From NCBI GenBank assembly GCA_963833095.1, contig CAWHWQ010000002.1, positions 275,094 through 339,093 of the forward strand: 64,000 nt of DNA, written 5' to 3'. Under the pieces are notes generated by a model. The model saw nothing but the letters and a program-made list of their open reading frames with translations, searched no databases and had not been told where the DNA came from. The position numbers and the translations under genes were made by a program. Each line of letters opens with the position of its first letter. The stretch's first letter is position 1. The stretch is from Vulcanimicrobiota bacterium. Its GTDB lineage: Bacteria; Vulcanimicrobiota; Vulcanimicrobiia; Vulcanimicrobiales; Vulcanimicrobiaceae. Shown piece by piece: positions 9,427 to 20,086 of this stretch.

Positions 9427-10137
9427 ATGATTTCTCTGCGTAATGTCTCGCTGGTCTATCAGAACGGCGTACGAGCCCTTGATAACGTCACGTTGGAGAT
9501 CGGCAAGGGCGACTTCGTGTTCCTCGTTGGACACTCTGGAACGGGCAAGTCCAGCCTTCTGCGTCTCCTCTATCACGAGCAACTTCCCAGCAACGGTGAA
9601 ATCACCGTCGACGGCATTCGCGTCGAGCGGCTGCGCCGCAGCCGCGTCCCCGCACTGCGCCGACATCTGGGCGTCGTCTTCCAAGATTTCAAACTGCTCA
9701 GCGACAAAACGGTCTGGGAGAACGTCGCATTTGCAATGCAAGTGACCGGCGCGCACACCAAGGACGTCATGCGCCAAGTTCCTCGCGCACTCGATCTCGT
9801 GGGACTCGCGCACAAGAGCCGTATGTATCCGGGCGAACTCTCCGGCGGCGAACAGCAACGCACGGCCATTGCGCGCGCTCTGGTGAACAATCCGAAGATC
9901 TTACTCTGCGATGAGCCGACCGGCAATCTCGATCCCTCGAACACGACCGAGATCATGGAGCTGTTGCTGCGCATCAATCTCAAGGGCACCACGGTGCTCG
10001 TCGCTACTCACAACCAAGCCGTCGTCGATCGCATGCGCCGCCGCGTCGTGCGCCTCGAAGACGGCAGGATCGTTACCGACGAAGAACGGGGCTATTACTA
10101 TCTTGGACTCGGGCAAGGTCAAATTCTTTCTGGGTGA
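9427..10137 (+). CDS. ftsE: Cell division ATP-binding protein FtsE
   Basis: GHSGTGKS, VFQDFKLL, LSGGEQQR and DEPTGNLD; directly upstream of ftsX. Confidence 0.95.
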   Translation: MISLRNVSLVYQNGVRALDNVTLEIGKGDFVFLVGHSGTGKSSLLRLLYHEQLPSNGEITVDGIRVERLRRSRVPALRRHLGVVFQDFKLLSDKTVWENVAFAMQVTGAHTKDVMRQVPRALDLVGLAHKSRMYPGELSGGEQQRTAIARALVNNPKILLCDEPTGNLDPSNTTEIMELLLRINLKGTTVLVATHNQAVVDRMRRRVVRLEDGRIVTDEERGYYYLGLGQGQILSG

Positions 10138-10987
10138 GGTGTTGCGCAATTTCACGCGCAACGCCGGCATGCAAGCGACCGCGATAGGCACGGTCGCCAT
10201 GACCATCGTCCTCCTTGGCGCCTTTCTCTTCGTTCATCAGGCACTCGCCGGACTCGGCAACAATCTACTCAATCAGATTGAGATCTCCGTATACTTCAAG
10301 AGCGACGTCTCGAACGCGCAAGAAGACGCGTTGCGAACCGCGCTCACGCACGATCCGCGCATTGCCTCGACGCAATTCGTGCCGAAGAAACAGGGCCTGA
10401 GCGAACTTAGCGCCGAGACACACGGCTCGATCGACGCCTCCTCGTTGTTAACGGAAAACCCGTTGCCCGACAAGCTGCGCGTGTGGGTGCACGATCCGCA
10501 AGGCGTCGCGGCAATGGCGGCCGAGCTGCAAACGCGGCCCGGCGTCGACAAGGTTTTCTATCCGCAAGATGTCGTCGCTCGATTGCTCACGCTTGGAGCC
10601 GTGCTTCGCCGCCTTGGCATCGGCGTGATTGCATTGTTCTTGGTCGTCGCCGGCGTCATTATCTCAAACACCATTCGTTTGACCGTCTTCGCGCGGCGCC
10701 GCGAGATCTCGATCATGCAGTTGGTAGGCGCAACGAACATGTACATCCGCGCGCCGTTCATCTGCGAGGGTCTGCTCGACGGCGTGCTGGGATCGCTCAT
10801 CGCCGTGCTGATCCTCGTCGCCGCGCGTTATGCGCTCTGGCCAAAGCTGCTGCTCGCCCTTCCCTGGATTCAATTGAACGCTACGCCGATCGACGGCCCG
10901 GTGCTCGTTGCGCAGCTCGTCGCCGCCGGAGGAGCGATCGGCATCGTGGCGTCCTGGATTTCCGTCGGCCGCCATCTGCGGACATAA
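10103..10987 (+). CDS. ftsX: Cell division permease FtsX
   Basis: ENPLPD and ISNTIRLTVFARRREISIMQLVGAT..YIRAPF..EG motifs; start placed at TTG 10103. Confidence 0.95.
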   Translation: MDSGKVKFFLGEVLRNFTRNAGMQATAIGTVAMTIVLLGAFLFVHQALAGLGNNLLNQIEISVYFKSDVSNAQEDALRTALTHDPRIASTQFVPKKQGLSELSAETHGSIDASSLLTENPLPDKLRVWVHDPQGVAAMAAELQTRPGVDKVFYPQDVVARLLTLGAVLRRLGIGVIALFLVVAGVIISNTIRLTVFARRREISIMQLVGATNMYIRAPFICEGLLDGVLGSLIAVLILVAARYALWPKLLLALPWIQLNATPIDGPVLVAQLVAAGGAIGIVASWISVGRHLRT

Positions 10988-10992
10988 CGGCC

Positions 10993-12003
10993 ATGCATCT
11001 TCGCGTCGACGTTGATTTCGATGCGCTCGCTGACTGCATTTCCGACGGCATCGCCTACGTCGGCGCCGAAGGTCTCGTCGCCGCCTGGAGCACCGGTGCC
11101 GCCGCTATTACCTCCATTCCGCGCACGCACGCGGTCGGGAAATCGCTCGATGAACTCTTTGAGCGCATCGAGCCGCCGCTCGGCCTCGCAGTCGTCCCCG
11201 AGCCGATCGTGCTCTTTAGCCAGGACGATCGGCGCCGCGGCCTGCACGCAACCGTTCTGAGTGTCGACGAGGGCTGGCTCATTTCGTTCGGCCGCGAAGT
11301 GCGTTTTGCCGCAATCGAGCAGTTGAAGGAAGAGATCGTTGCCGCCGTATCCCACGAGCTCAAGACACCGATCGCGACTATCAAAGCCTTCGCCACCACG
11401 ATGCGCGCCAATCCTGAAGCGCTCGCCGGCGATCGCAACGAATTTCTCGCGACGATCGAAGAGCAAGCCGACCGACTGACACGCGCTGTCGACGACCTGC
11501 TGTTGGTGGGCCGCGTGAACGCGCAACACTTGCTCTCAACGCGCGCAAGTTTCTCGCTCGATCGCTTGCTTGACCATGCTGCGCAGCGCCTCGGGCCGAC
11601 TGCAGCCGAACGCATCGAGCGACGCACGACAAGCATTACGCTCAGCGGCGATCCGGATTTACTCGGCAATGCATTACTGCATCTGCTCGACAATGCGCTG
11701 AAATTTTCGCCCGATACTGCGCCCGTCGTCATTGAATGCCAGGATGACGGATCCACGGTCGCGGTGCGCGTAAGCGATCGCGGCGTCGGCATCGGCGAAG
11801 AGCACCTTCCCTATATCTTCGAACGTTTCTATCGCGTCGAGCGCAATCTCACCGCCGCAACCGGCGGGAGCGGCCTCGGGCTGACCATCGCGCGCGAGAT
11901 CGTGCAAGCCCACGGCGGAACGCTCGCAGTTGAAAGCGTCCCGCACGGCGGAAGCACGTTTATCATCTCGTTGCCCGCGCCAAGCCCGCGAGACCACGCG
12001 TGA
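10993..12003 (+). CDS. Cytoplasmic PAS-domain sensor histidine kinase
   Basis: PAS-like N-terminus, SHELKTP H-box, NALKFS, DRGVGI, FERFYR and GGSGLGL; no transmembrane segment. Confidence 0.92.
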   Translation: MHLRVDVDFDALADCISDGIAYVGAEGLVAAWSTGAAAITSIPRTHAVGKSLDELFERIEPPLGLAVVPEPIVLFSQDDRRRGLHATVLSVDEGWLISFGREVRFAAIEQLKEEIVAAVSHELKTPIATIKAFATTMRANPEALAGDRNEFLATIEEQADRLTRAVDDLLLVGRVNAQHLLSTRASFSLDRLLDHAAQRLGPTAAERIERRTTSITLSGDPDLLGNALLHLLDNALKFSPDTAPVVIECQDDGSTVAVRVSDRGVGIGEEHLPYIFERFYRVERNLTAATGGSGLGLTIAREIVQAHGGTLAVESVPHGGSTFIISLPAPSPRDHA

Positions 12004-12956
12004 AAGACCTTGCACAAGGCGCGGGACATCGCGTTTTGGTCGTTGATGACGATCGCAATTTGCGCAAAATTATATCGACCAACCTCGAGCTGGCAGGTTT
12101 TGCTGTCGAAGTGGCCGCTGACGGCCCCGAAGCGCTCTCGCTTATCGAACACGTGCAGCCTGACATTGTCTTGCTCGACTTGATGATGCCCCATATGGAC
12201 GGATACGAAGTCGCCCAGCGCATCCGCAACCATCAGAATCCGACGATCGCCAACGTGCCGATTATTATTCTCACTGCCAAAGGCGAAACCGAGGACAAAT
12301 TGCGTGGTTTCGAAGCGGGCGCAGACGACTACATCACCAAGCCCTTCGGACCTCAGGAGCTCCTAGCGCGCGTGCGCGCCAAAATCCGCCGCGTAGAAGT
12401 CGACTCGTCGCTCTCTCCGCTTACGCGTCTGCCAGGCAATCTCGCGATCGAGGCCGAGCTTCGCCGGCGCATCGAATCGGGCGAGCCGTTCGCGGTGATC
12501 TACCTCGATCTCGACAACTTCAAAGCATTCAACGACGTATACGGCTTCACGCACGGCGACGAAGCGATCGTGCTCCTCGCGCGCGTCACGGTCGACGTTG
12601 TGCGGCGTCGCGGAACCCCGACCGATTTTGTCGGCCATATCGGCGGCGACGACTTTATCGCGGTAACGATCACCGAGCGCTCCGAGGAGATTGCCAGAGA
12701 GATCATCGCCGAGTTCGACAGCGACATTCGCAATCTTTATTCGGCCAAGGATCTACGCGCCGGATATATCGAAACGCGTGACCGGCGCGGCGCACTCAAC
12801 CGTTTTCCGATAATGACGATTTCCATGGCGATCGTGAGCAACGATCGCAGTCAACTCAACAACTACGCGCAGGTCGGCGAGGCCGCCGCCGAACTCAAGC
12901 GCTATGCCAAATCCATCGCCGGCTCCGTCTACGTGAAGGACAAGCGTCGCCAATGA
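12000..12956 (+). CDS. Response regulator with GGDEF (diguanylate cyclase) output domain
   Basis: REC domain (VLVVDD, LLDLMMP, KPF), then LTRLPG, DLDNFKAFNDVYG and HIGGDDF. Confidence 0.92.
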   Translation: MKDLAQGAGHRVLVVDDDRNLRKIISTNLELAGFAVEVAADGPEALSLIEHVQPDIVLLDLMMPHMDGYEVAQRIRNHQNPTIANVPIIILTAKGETEDKLRGFEAGADDYITKPFGPQELLARVRAKIRRVEVDSSLSPLTRLPGNLAIEAELRRRIESGEPFAVIYLDLDNFKAFNDVYGFTHGDEAIVLLARVTVDVVRRRGTPTDFVGHIGGDDFIAVTITERSEEIAREIIAEFDSDIRNLYSAKDLRAGYIETRDRRGALNRFPIMTISMAIVSNDRSQLNNYAQVGEAAAELKRYAKSIAGSVYVKDKRRQ

Positions 12957-14149
12957 GCAGCTCGCAATTGAGGGCGATCCTAAGCATTCTGTTGATCTTC
13001 GCCTTCGTTCCGGCGGCCGCGGGGGCGAAGGGCACGACGCTGCAGCAGCGCATCGACGCGCAACGCCGCAAAGCGGAGGCGCTGCAAGCGCAGCTTCATG
13101 CAAAAAAGCAGTTGCTCAACGCGGCAACCGTGAAGGTGCAGGGTCTGCAAGCGCAGCTCAATGAGACCAACACCGCGATCACGCAAGTCAGCGGGCATCT
13201 TGGCGAGCTCAACGCGCAGGAGCATTCGACCGAGCACAAGGCTGACTGGAACGCCGTTCAGCTCCGTGCCGCGCAGCAATCGCTCCAGCTCCACGATGAC
13301 TTGTTACGCCGCCGGCTCGTCGAAATTTACGAAAACGGCGATCTCAGCTACGCCTCGGTATTACTGTCGGCGCACTCGTTCACCGAATTCGTCGAGCGTT
13401 GGCAAGACCTCCATCTGCTGATCAGCGCGAATGAAGATGCCGTGCGCGAGCGACGCGCGGCCGAGGGTCGCGTGGCCTCCGTGCAGGCCGAACTGCAGCG
13501 TACGGCGCTCGAGCTCACGGCCGAGCAACAGGATCAGCAACGCACCCGCAATCAACTCGCGGCCCTTGCCGACGAACGACACAACCTGGTCGCCGTGGCG
13601 GATAACCAGCGGCGTCATGTTGCGGGGGAAGTTGCGCAAATCGAGGACCTCTCGGCCTCGGAAGAAGCGCAGCTCGAAGGCTTGATTCGCGAGCGCGAGC
13701 GCGAACTCGAAGCGCAGCGCAAGGCGCAGGGCATTACCGGCTACCAAGCGCCATCGGGCGCGCGGGGCGCGTTCGCGTGGCCGGTTTCGGGAACGATCAC
13801 CTCGCCCTTTGGCTGGCGCTCGAATCCGTTCGGTGGCGCACCCGAATTCCACCAAGGTCTCGATATCGCGGCACCGACCGGCACGACGATCACCGCCTCT
13901 GCCGGCGGAACCGTGCTGATGGCACAGTGGTACGGCGGTTACGGAAACTACATTTTGATCGATGACGGCGGCGGCTATTCGACCGGGTACGGCCACCTGT
14001 CCGCGTTCTACGTTTCTGCTGGGCAGCAAGTCAAGCAAGGGCAAGCGATCGGCGCGGTCGGGTGCACCGGTGAATGCACCGGGCCGCACGTCCACTTCGA
14101 GATCCGCGTGAACGGCAAACCGGTCGACCCCGCGACAAGATTGCACTAA
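12953..14149 (+). CDS. envC: Coiled-coil M23 peptidase (EnvC-like murein hydrolase/activator)
   Basis: Signal peptide, long coiled coil, and an M23 domain with HQGLD and HVH zinc motifs; lies in the ftsEX operon. Confidence 0.85.
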   Translation: MSSSQLRAILSILLIFAFVPAAAGAKGTTLQQRIDAQRRKAEALQAQLHAKKQLLNAATVKVQGLQAQLNETNTAITQVSGHLGELNAQEHSTEHKADWNAVQLRAAQQSLQLHDDLLRRRLVEIYENGDLSYASVLLSAHSFTEFVERWQDLHLLISANEDAVRERRAAEGRVASVQAELQRTALELTAEQQDQQRTRNQLAALADERHNLVAVADNQRRHVAGEVAQIEDLSASEEAQLEGLIRERERELEAQRKAQGITGYQAPSGARGAFAWPVSGTITSPFGWRSNPFGGAPEFHQGLDIAAPTGTTITASAGGTVLMAQWYGGYGNYILIDDGGGYSTGYGHLSAFYVSAGQQVKQGQAIGAVGCTGECTGPHVHFEIRVNGKPVDPATRLH

Positions 14150-14203
14150 GACGGCAGGCCAAAGAAACGGAATACACCCCACCCGTCGTTAAGGTAGGCG
14201 GGT

Positions 14204-15622
14204 ATGATCGATCCCATGGCCGGTAAATTTAGGGTGCTGATGGCGGCACTTGTGGTTCTCATCGTCGCGATTGTCGCCGGGCTCTCTTTGGGTTTGCGCA
14301 ACATCGAATCCGTTTCGGTGCGCCCCGTCGTGAACGTGAGCGTCAACGATGCGGGCGTCGCGCGCGACGCGAGCGATGCGAACGTTTCACCGGCCGAGCT
14401 CTTCCAAAAGGAGCTCGCGGCTCTGGAGTCCGAGTATTACAAGCCGTTCGATCCGCAGACACCTTTTGTGGGTGAGAACGCAGCCCTCACCAAGTACCTT
14501 CAACACAATCACGTCGCGCATCCGCGCTTGCCGGACGAGGTTGCTAGCGGCGATCCGAATTCCGACGCGCAGCGCATGGCCAGCGTGGTCGCCTATGCTG
14601 AGCACACCTATGGCAAGCGTTTGGGCGCCGACGGATCGACGGCGCTGACCGAAGCCGCGTTGAGCGGGGTCATGAACTCGGTCGACGATCCGTACACCGT
14701 CTACCTCACGCCAAAAGAGATTCAAAGCCTGAACGAATCGCTCAACGGCGGCGATTTCGGCGGCATCGGCGTGTACATTCTGCAGCTCAAAGACGGCGAA
14801 GTCGTCCTCCAGCCGATCGAAGGCGCTCCGGCGTCGCTTGCCGGCATGAAGCCCGGCGCAGTCGTCGATTCCGTCGACGGTCGCGCGGTGCACGGCGTGC
14901 CGATCGATTTGGTCGAGCGCTGGATTCGGGGCGAGCAAGGCTCGCGCGTCGTGCTCACCACGCACCCGTACAAAAAATCCACCGAACAACGCTGGTCGAT
15001 TACGCGCCAGATCATTCATGTGCCGACGGTTTCCAAGCACATGGAAAACGGCTACGAATACATCCGCCTCACGGACTTCGGCTCGACGTCGCCCGACGAA
15101 ATCAAGTCCGCTCTGCTCTATGGGAAAGCCCACAATGCCAAGGGCTACATTCTCGATTTGCGCTACAACGGCGGCGGGCTGGTCTCGTCGGCGATCAAAA
15201 TCTCGAGTTTCTTTATCCCCCAGGGGACCATCGTGTCGACAATCGACCGCGAGGGTCACCGCCAGGTCGAAGAGGCTTTGGGCGACGCCATCGGCGGGCA
15301 GCCGCTCGTCATCCTGGTCAACCGATATACCGCCAGCGCATCCGAGATTACCGCGGGCGCGTTACAGGATTACCACCTTGCCAAGCTCGTCGGCACGAAA
15401 ACTTTCGGTAAGGGGGTCATTCAAAGCATCTATGATATGCCCGACGGTGGCGCATTGAAGATCACAACGCAACGGTATCTCACGCCGCTCGGGCGAGAGA
15501 TTCAACACATCGGCATCACGCCCGACGTTGTCATTCCACAAAGCGACGATGTGCTGCTCGACACCCCAGCCGACAAACAACTCGCCGCCGCCAAAGCCCA
15601 ACTTGCACAGCTCCTACAATAG
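14204..15622 (+). CDS. ctpA: S41 C-terminal processing protease with PDZ domain
   Basis: DPYTVY, FGGIG, LDLRYNGGG, TASASEI and TKTFGKGVIQ motifs. Confidence 0.93.
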   Translation: MIDPMAGKFRVLMAALVVLIVAIVAGLSLGLRNIESVSVRPVVNVSVNDAGVARDASDANVSPAELFQKELAALESEYYKPFDPQTPFVGENAALTKYLQHNHVAHPRLPDEVASGDPNSDAQRMASVVAYAEHTYGKRLGADGSTALTEAALSGVMNSVDDPYTVYLTPKEIQSLNESLNGGDFGGIGVYILQLKDGEVVLQPIEGAPASLAGMKPGAVVDSVDGRAVHGVPIDLVERWIRGEQGSRVVLTTHPYKKSTEQRWSITRQIIHVPTVSKHMENGYEYIRLTDFGSTSPDEIKSALLYGKAHNAKGYILDLRYNGGGLVSSAIKISSFFIPQGTIVSTIDREGHRQVEEALGDAIGGQPLVILVNRYTASASEITAGALQDYHLAKLVGTKTFGKGVIQSIYDMPDGGALKITTQRYLTPLGREIQHIGITPDVVIPQSDDVLLDTPADKQLAAAKAQLAQLLQ

Positions 15623-15632
15623 ATCGGTCATC

Positions 15633-17000
15633 ATGAAGCGCCTCCTCTCCCTTTTCCTCGCCGTCGGCATCGGTGCCGCGCTGCTCGGAGTTCACGCGGC
15701 GAGCGCCGCTACGGCTCCGGCGCAGGCCACACTTAGTGCGGCGCAGGCCGGTGAAATCTCGACGAGCTATCACTACCTCACCGGCGAGTTTTACAAGCGC
15801 GTCGACGATCAGCAAGTGCTCAACGGCGCGCAGGCGGGTCTGATAAACGCGCTGGGCAAGCAGCACGTCAGCGGGAAAATTCCGTCGCTTCATTCATCCA
15901 GCGACGACGCCAACGTCCGCGCGATCGAACTCGACGTCGAAGATGCGCAGCGTGCTGCCGGCAAACGCGTTTCCAGCACCGATCTGACCTATGCAGCGAT
16001 CTCCGGAATGCTCAACTCCGTGCATGACCGTTACACCGTGTTTCTTGACCCCAAGGATTACGCCGAGCTCAATAATGGCTTGGACGGCTCGGACTTTGGC
16101 GGCACGGGCATCGTGATTCAAGAGGATGACGCCACCAAATACATTGCGGTCAGCAATGTCGTCCCCGATGGGCCGGCCGATAAAGCCGGAATCCAGCAAG
16201 ACGATCTGATCACCGCGATCGACGGCCAATCGACCAAAGGTTGGACGGTCGATCGCGCGAGCGCCCATCTACGCGGCAAGGAAGGCACGAAAGTTTCGAT
16301 CACGGTACTGCGCGACGGTAAGACGCTAGCGCCCTACGCGCTCACTCGCGCGAAGATCCACCAAATGAGTGTCTTCGACAAGCTCTTACCGGGCAACATA
16401 GGCTACGTTGCACTCACGGTCTTCGGCAAAGATACGGCAAGCGAATTGAGCGCTGCGCTAAGCCGCCTGCAGAAGAAGGGCGCGCGCGCATATATTCTCG
16501 ACCTGCGCAACAACGGCGGCGGCTATCTCAACGCAGCAGTTGGCGTGAGTTCGAAATTCATCTCATCGGGGCCAATCGTGTCGGTGGAATCGCGCGGTTC
16601 GAATATCACGACGCTGGAAGCCAACGATACGGCGATCGCGCCGGTGCCGCTGGCGGTGCTGGTGAATCAGTTTACTGCGTCGGCCTCCGAGATTACCTCG
16701 GGTGCTATCCAAGACAGCGGCGTCGGTACGCTCGTGGGTACGAAGACCTTCGGCAAAGGCGTCGTGCAGACGATCTATCCGCTTCCCGACGGGTCAGCGG
16801 TGAAGATCACGACGGCACGTTACCTCACGCCACACAATCGCGACATCAACCACTTGGGTATCGATCCGGATATCATCGTGAGCGAGCCGCGCACGGCGCG
16901 CTTTGGCGATCCCAAGAGCGATCCGCAGCTTCGGCGCGCGATGCAGTTCGTTGACGACCGCATCGCGCACCTCAGCGTGATCAACGGAAGCGCAGAGTAA
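15633..17000 (+). CDS. ctpA: S41 C-terminal processing protease with PDZ domain (second paralog)
   Basis: LDLRNNGGG, TASASEI and TKTFGKGVVQ motifs; start placed at ATG 15633 (signal peptide MKRLL). Confidence 0.93.
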   Translation: MKRLLSLFLAVGIGAALLGVHAASAATAPAQATLSAAQAGEISTSYHYLTGEFYKRVDDQQVLNGAQAGLINALGKQHVSGKIPSLHSSSDDANVRAIELDVEDAQRAAGKRVSSTDLTYAAISGMLNSVHDRYTVFLDPKDYAELNNGLDGSDFGGTGIVIQEDDATKYIAVSNVVPDGPADKAGIQQDDLITAIDGQSTKGWTVDRASAHLRGKEGTKVSITVLRDGKTLAPYALTRAKIHQMSVFDKLLPGNIGYVALTVFGKDTASELSAALSRLQKKGARAYILDLRNNGGGYLNAAVGVSSKFISSGPIVSVESRGSNITTLEANDTAIAPVPLAVLVNQFTASASEITSGAIQDSGVGTLVGTKTFGKGVVQTIYPLPDGSAVKITTARYLTPHNRDINHLGIDPDIIVSEPRTARFGDPKSDPQLRRAMQFVDDRIAHLSVINGSAE

Positions 17001-17051
17001 GAACTTGTCATCCCGAGCGTAGCGAAGCGTAGTCGAGCGAGGCGCAACTAA

Positions 17052-17084
17052 AGAAGAGCCCGGCAAAAACCGCCGGGCTCTTCT
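17052..17084. terminator. Intrinsic terminator-like hairpin (possibly bidirectional)
   Basis: AGAAGAGCCCGGC-AAAAACC-GCCGGGCTCTTCT, a 13-bp perfect stem. Confidence 0.7.
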
Positions 17085-17085
17085 G

Positions 17086-17238
17086 TCATCCATTATCGAT
17101 GTTTTTGGAAAAGTACTCGCGTAGCGCATCAGCGTTCTCACCGAGCGCCCGCTTCGGGAAGATAAACATCCCCACGCCCTGCGAGTGCGCCACGGTACAT
17201 CCTTGGCGGTACTCAACGCGGGTAAGTGTATCGATTCG
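17086..17238 (-). pseudogene. Gene remnant resembling the C-terminus of a YcxB-like protein
   Basis: Frame between two stops reads RIDTLTRVEYRQGCTVAHSQGVGMFIFPKRALGENADALREYFSKNIDNG*. FIFPKRAL resembles the YcxB motif. Confidence 0.35.
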
Positions 17239-17387
17239 TCAGGGTGAGCGAAGCCATCGTGTCCATGGTTAAGGCATGATCCGACTGTCCCCTCAGACCT
17301 TCGCGCATAGTCCAAAGGAACGAGCCCGGTGTTTCCGCCGAGCTCGTTGTTTGCGCTTCCCTCGACTACGCTCGGGATGACAAGTTA

Positions 17388-20086
17388 CTACGTAGCTTTC
17401 TTCTTCCGGGTGGTGGTAGATGTCGACGCCTTTTTACGCGTCGACGTTTTCTTTACGCCGCTAGGAACCGCGCCATCGGCGTCGGCCTTTTTTACGCGCG
17501 TGCGCTTGACCGCGGTGGTTTCCTTGGTTTCGACTTTCTTTGCGCGAGTGCGCTTGGGCTTTTCGTCGACCGGCGCCGGCAACGCGACGACGACAGTCGT
17601 TTCCAACTCACCGGCGACACCGCTTACCCGCGTGCGACGGCGACGTGTGGGCTTCGCCTGATTGAATTCTTCGGCGGGGAACGTGAGGTGCGGCGGCGGC
17701 GCATCGACCGCCGGCGGGCCGGCTTTACGTACCGGAGTAATCGCGCGCGACGGTTCGCGCGGTGCGGTCATCCCGGTCGGCTGCGCCGAACCTTGCGGGT
17801 CGACGCGGAACACGTGACGATCCGGAACCGACGAACTCATCGGCAGCGTGCCGGTCAGCCCCTCGCGACGTTCGCCGTTGCCGCCTCCACCGCCACCGCG
17901 TCCGCGGCGACGACGCCGGCGCCGGCGCTTGCCGTGTCCGATCTCGCCGTTGGTGCTCGGCACCGCGGTCTGCACCGGCGGCTGCGCCTCGTCTTCTTCC
18001 TCTTCGTCTTCGTCGAACTCGCTTTGCGCTGCGGCGCTCGCCGGCGTAATGCCGACTTGCGCTGCCACGTCGAAGCGCTCCGCGCCTCCCTGGCCGCCGC
18101 GTCCGCGACGGCGCCGACGGCGGCGGCGTTTGCCGCGGCCGGCTTCGCCGACAGCTTCGCTTTCATTGATGATGATCGCGTCGGGCTGATGTTCGCCTTG
18201 GCCTCAGCTGCGAGCGCGGGATCCTCGGCCTCTTCCTCTTCGGTCACCGTGGTGATGCCGATCGGTGGACGCGCCTGCTGCTGTGACGCCGCCTCTGCGG
18301 CGAGTTCGCGCAGCTCGGCGGCTTGTTCCGCCGCGGTAAGTGCGACTTTGCGTCCCTTGCCGCCGCGACGGCGTTTCTTCTTGGCTTCGCCGACGCTTGC
18401 CGCAATGAGCTCGGCAAGCACGTAGTCGTCGACGTCGTCGACATCGAGCACGCGAATTTTCGCGGAATTGCCCGCGTTGTTCGCGGCATTTTCAACTTCG
18501 ACGATGCGATCGCCGATCACGGCCGTCGCCGACGTCGGATTGGGCAGACGCCCGGGCAGCAGATCGACTTCCACTTCGTCGCCGACGCGAATTGGGCGCA
18601 GCTGCTCGATGGGCTTGGTGATCCGTTCGACGCGCGAGCGCTCGGGATGCAGCAACGGGTCGACGCGAACGTGAATCTTCGTGTCGAGTTCTTTGGCGAG
18701 CTCGAGCACTTCGTCTTCGTACCAGAACTCCATCTGCGCTGCAACCGTCGGCGCGGCATGCACCAGAACCGGCTGATGATTATGATTGTTGTGAGCGCTC
18801 TGGCGCACGTGACGCAGCGTGTCGATCGCAACCGACTGCGGCGACATAACCGAGCCGATACCATTACACGTTGGACATGCGCCGCGAAGCTGCGCGCCAA
18901 GATCCTTGCCGATGCGCTTGCGCGTGAACTCGAGCAAGCCCAGGTTCGAAAACGACTGAATCGTTGCGCGCGTGCGGTCGCGTCGCAGCCCATCTTCGAG
19001 TGCCTTGATCACCTTACTGCGCGCCGATTCTGACGCCATGTCGATGAAGTCGACGACGATGATGCCACCGATATCGCGCAGCCGAACTTGGCGCGCGATT
19101 TCCACCGCGGCTTCGACGTTCGTCTTGACGATGGTATCTTCGAGGTTCTTACCGCCGGTGAACTTTCCCGAGTTGACGTCGATGACGGTCAGCGCTTCGG
19201 TCGACTCGATGACGATCGATCCACCCGATGGAAGATTGATCTTGGGCTTGAGCAAACGCTCCAGCTCGTCGTTGACTTTGAAATCGTCGAAGAGATCGCG
19301 GCCATGATTGTAATGCTGCACGCGATCGAGATATTGTGGTCCGAGCAATTGCAAGAACTCGCGAACCTTGCGATATTCTGCTTCATCGTCGATCAGCACG
19401 CGCTCCACGTCGGACGTGATAAAATCACGGGCCGCTTTATAAACCAGATTCATGTCGCGGTGCAACAGCGAGGGAGACGGCGCGCGCTTGAACGTTTCGA
19501 GAATGCCGTGCCACATACGAATCAGCACGCCGAGGTCGGCGATCAATTCAGCTTCGCTCACGCCGGCTGCCGCGGTGCGAACCACGGTTGCCATGCCTTC
19601 GGGGCGAATGCGTTTCATCACCGCCTTGAGGCGATTGCGCTCGTCGGCCGACTCGATCTTTCGCGAGACGCCGGAGTATTTACCGGTCGGCATCAGGATC
19701 AGGTAGCGGCCGGGCAGCGAGATGTTGGTGGAGATGCGCGCGCCTTTGAGGCCGCGCGGCTCCTTGACGATCTGCACCAGCACATCGTCACCCTTCTTCA
19801 CCTTCTCACCGATGGTGAAGCCGCTATGGCCGTGGGTGATCTCGACGTCGCCGATATTTAGCGGCTGTTTGTTAATGTCGTCGACGTACAGAAACGCGTT
19901 GCGTCCCAGTCCGATGTCGACGAATGCCGCGCCCATACCGGGCAGAACGTTTTGAACTTTTCCTTTGTATATCGAGCCGATGACTCGTTCTTCGCGCTCG
20001 ATGTAGAGTTCGGCAAGGGTGCCGTTCTCAAGTATGGCAACCCGATTTTCCCACGGGTCGCTCGAGATGAGAATCTCGCTTGGCAA
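17388..20086 (-). CDS. rne: Ribonuclease E/G with long Arg-rich disordered C-terminus; frameshift near 18187
   Basis: S1 domain (GSIYKGKVQNVLPGMGAAFVDIG), IDVNSG, LRDIGGIIVVDFIDM and CPTCNG. The frame switches after KANIS to PDAIIINESEA...RRRRRRRGRGG and ends at 17388. Confidence 0.9.

Larger units (their letters stand above)
17002..17386. repeat. Inverted REP pair enclosing about 315 bp of cargo
   Basis: AACTTGTCATCCCGAGCGTAGCGAAGCGTAGTCGAGCGA at 17002-17040 and TCCCTCGACTACGCTCGGGATGACAAGTT at 17358-17386. Confidence 0.88.
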
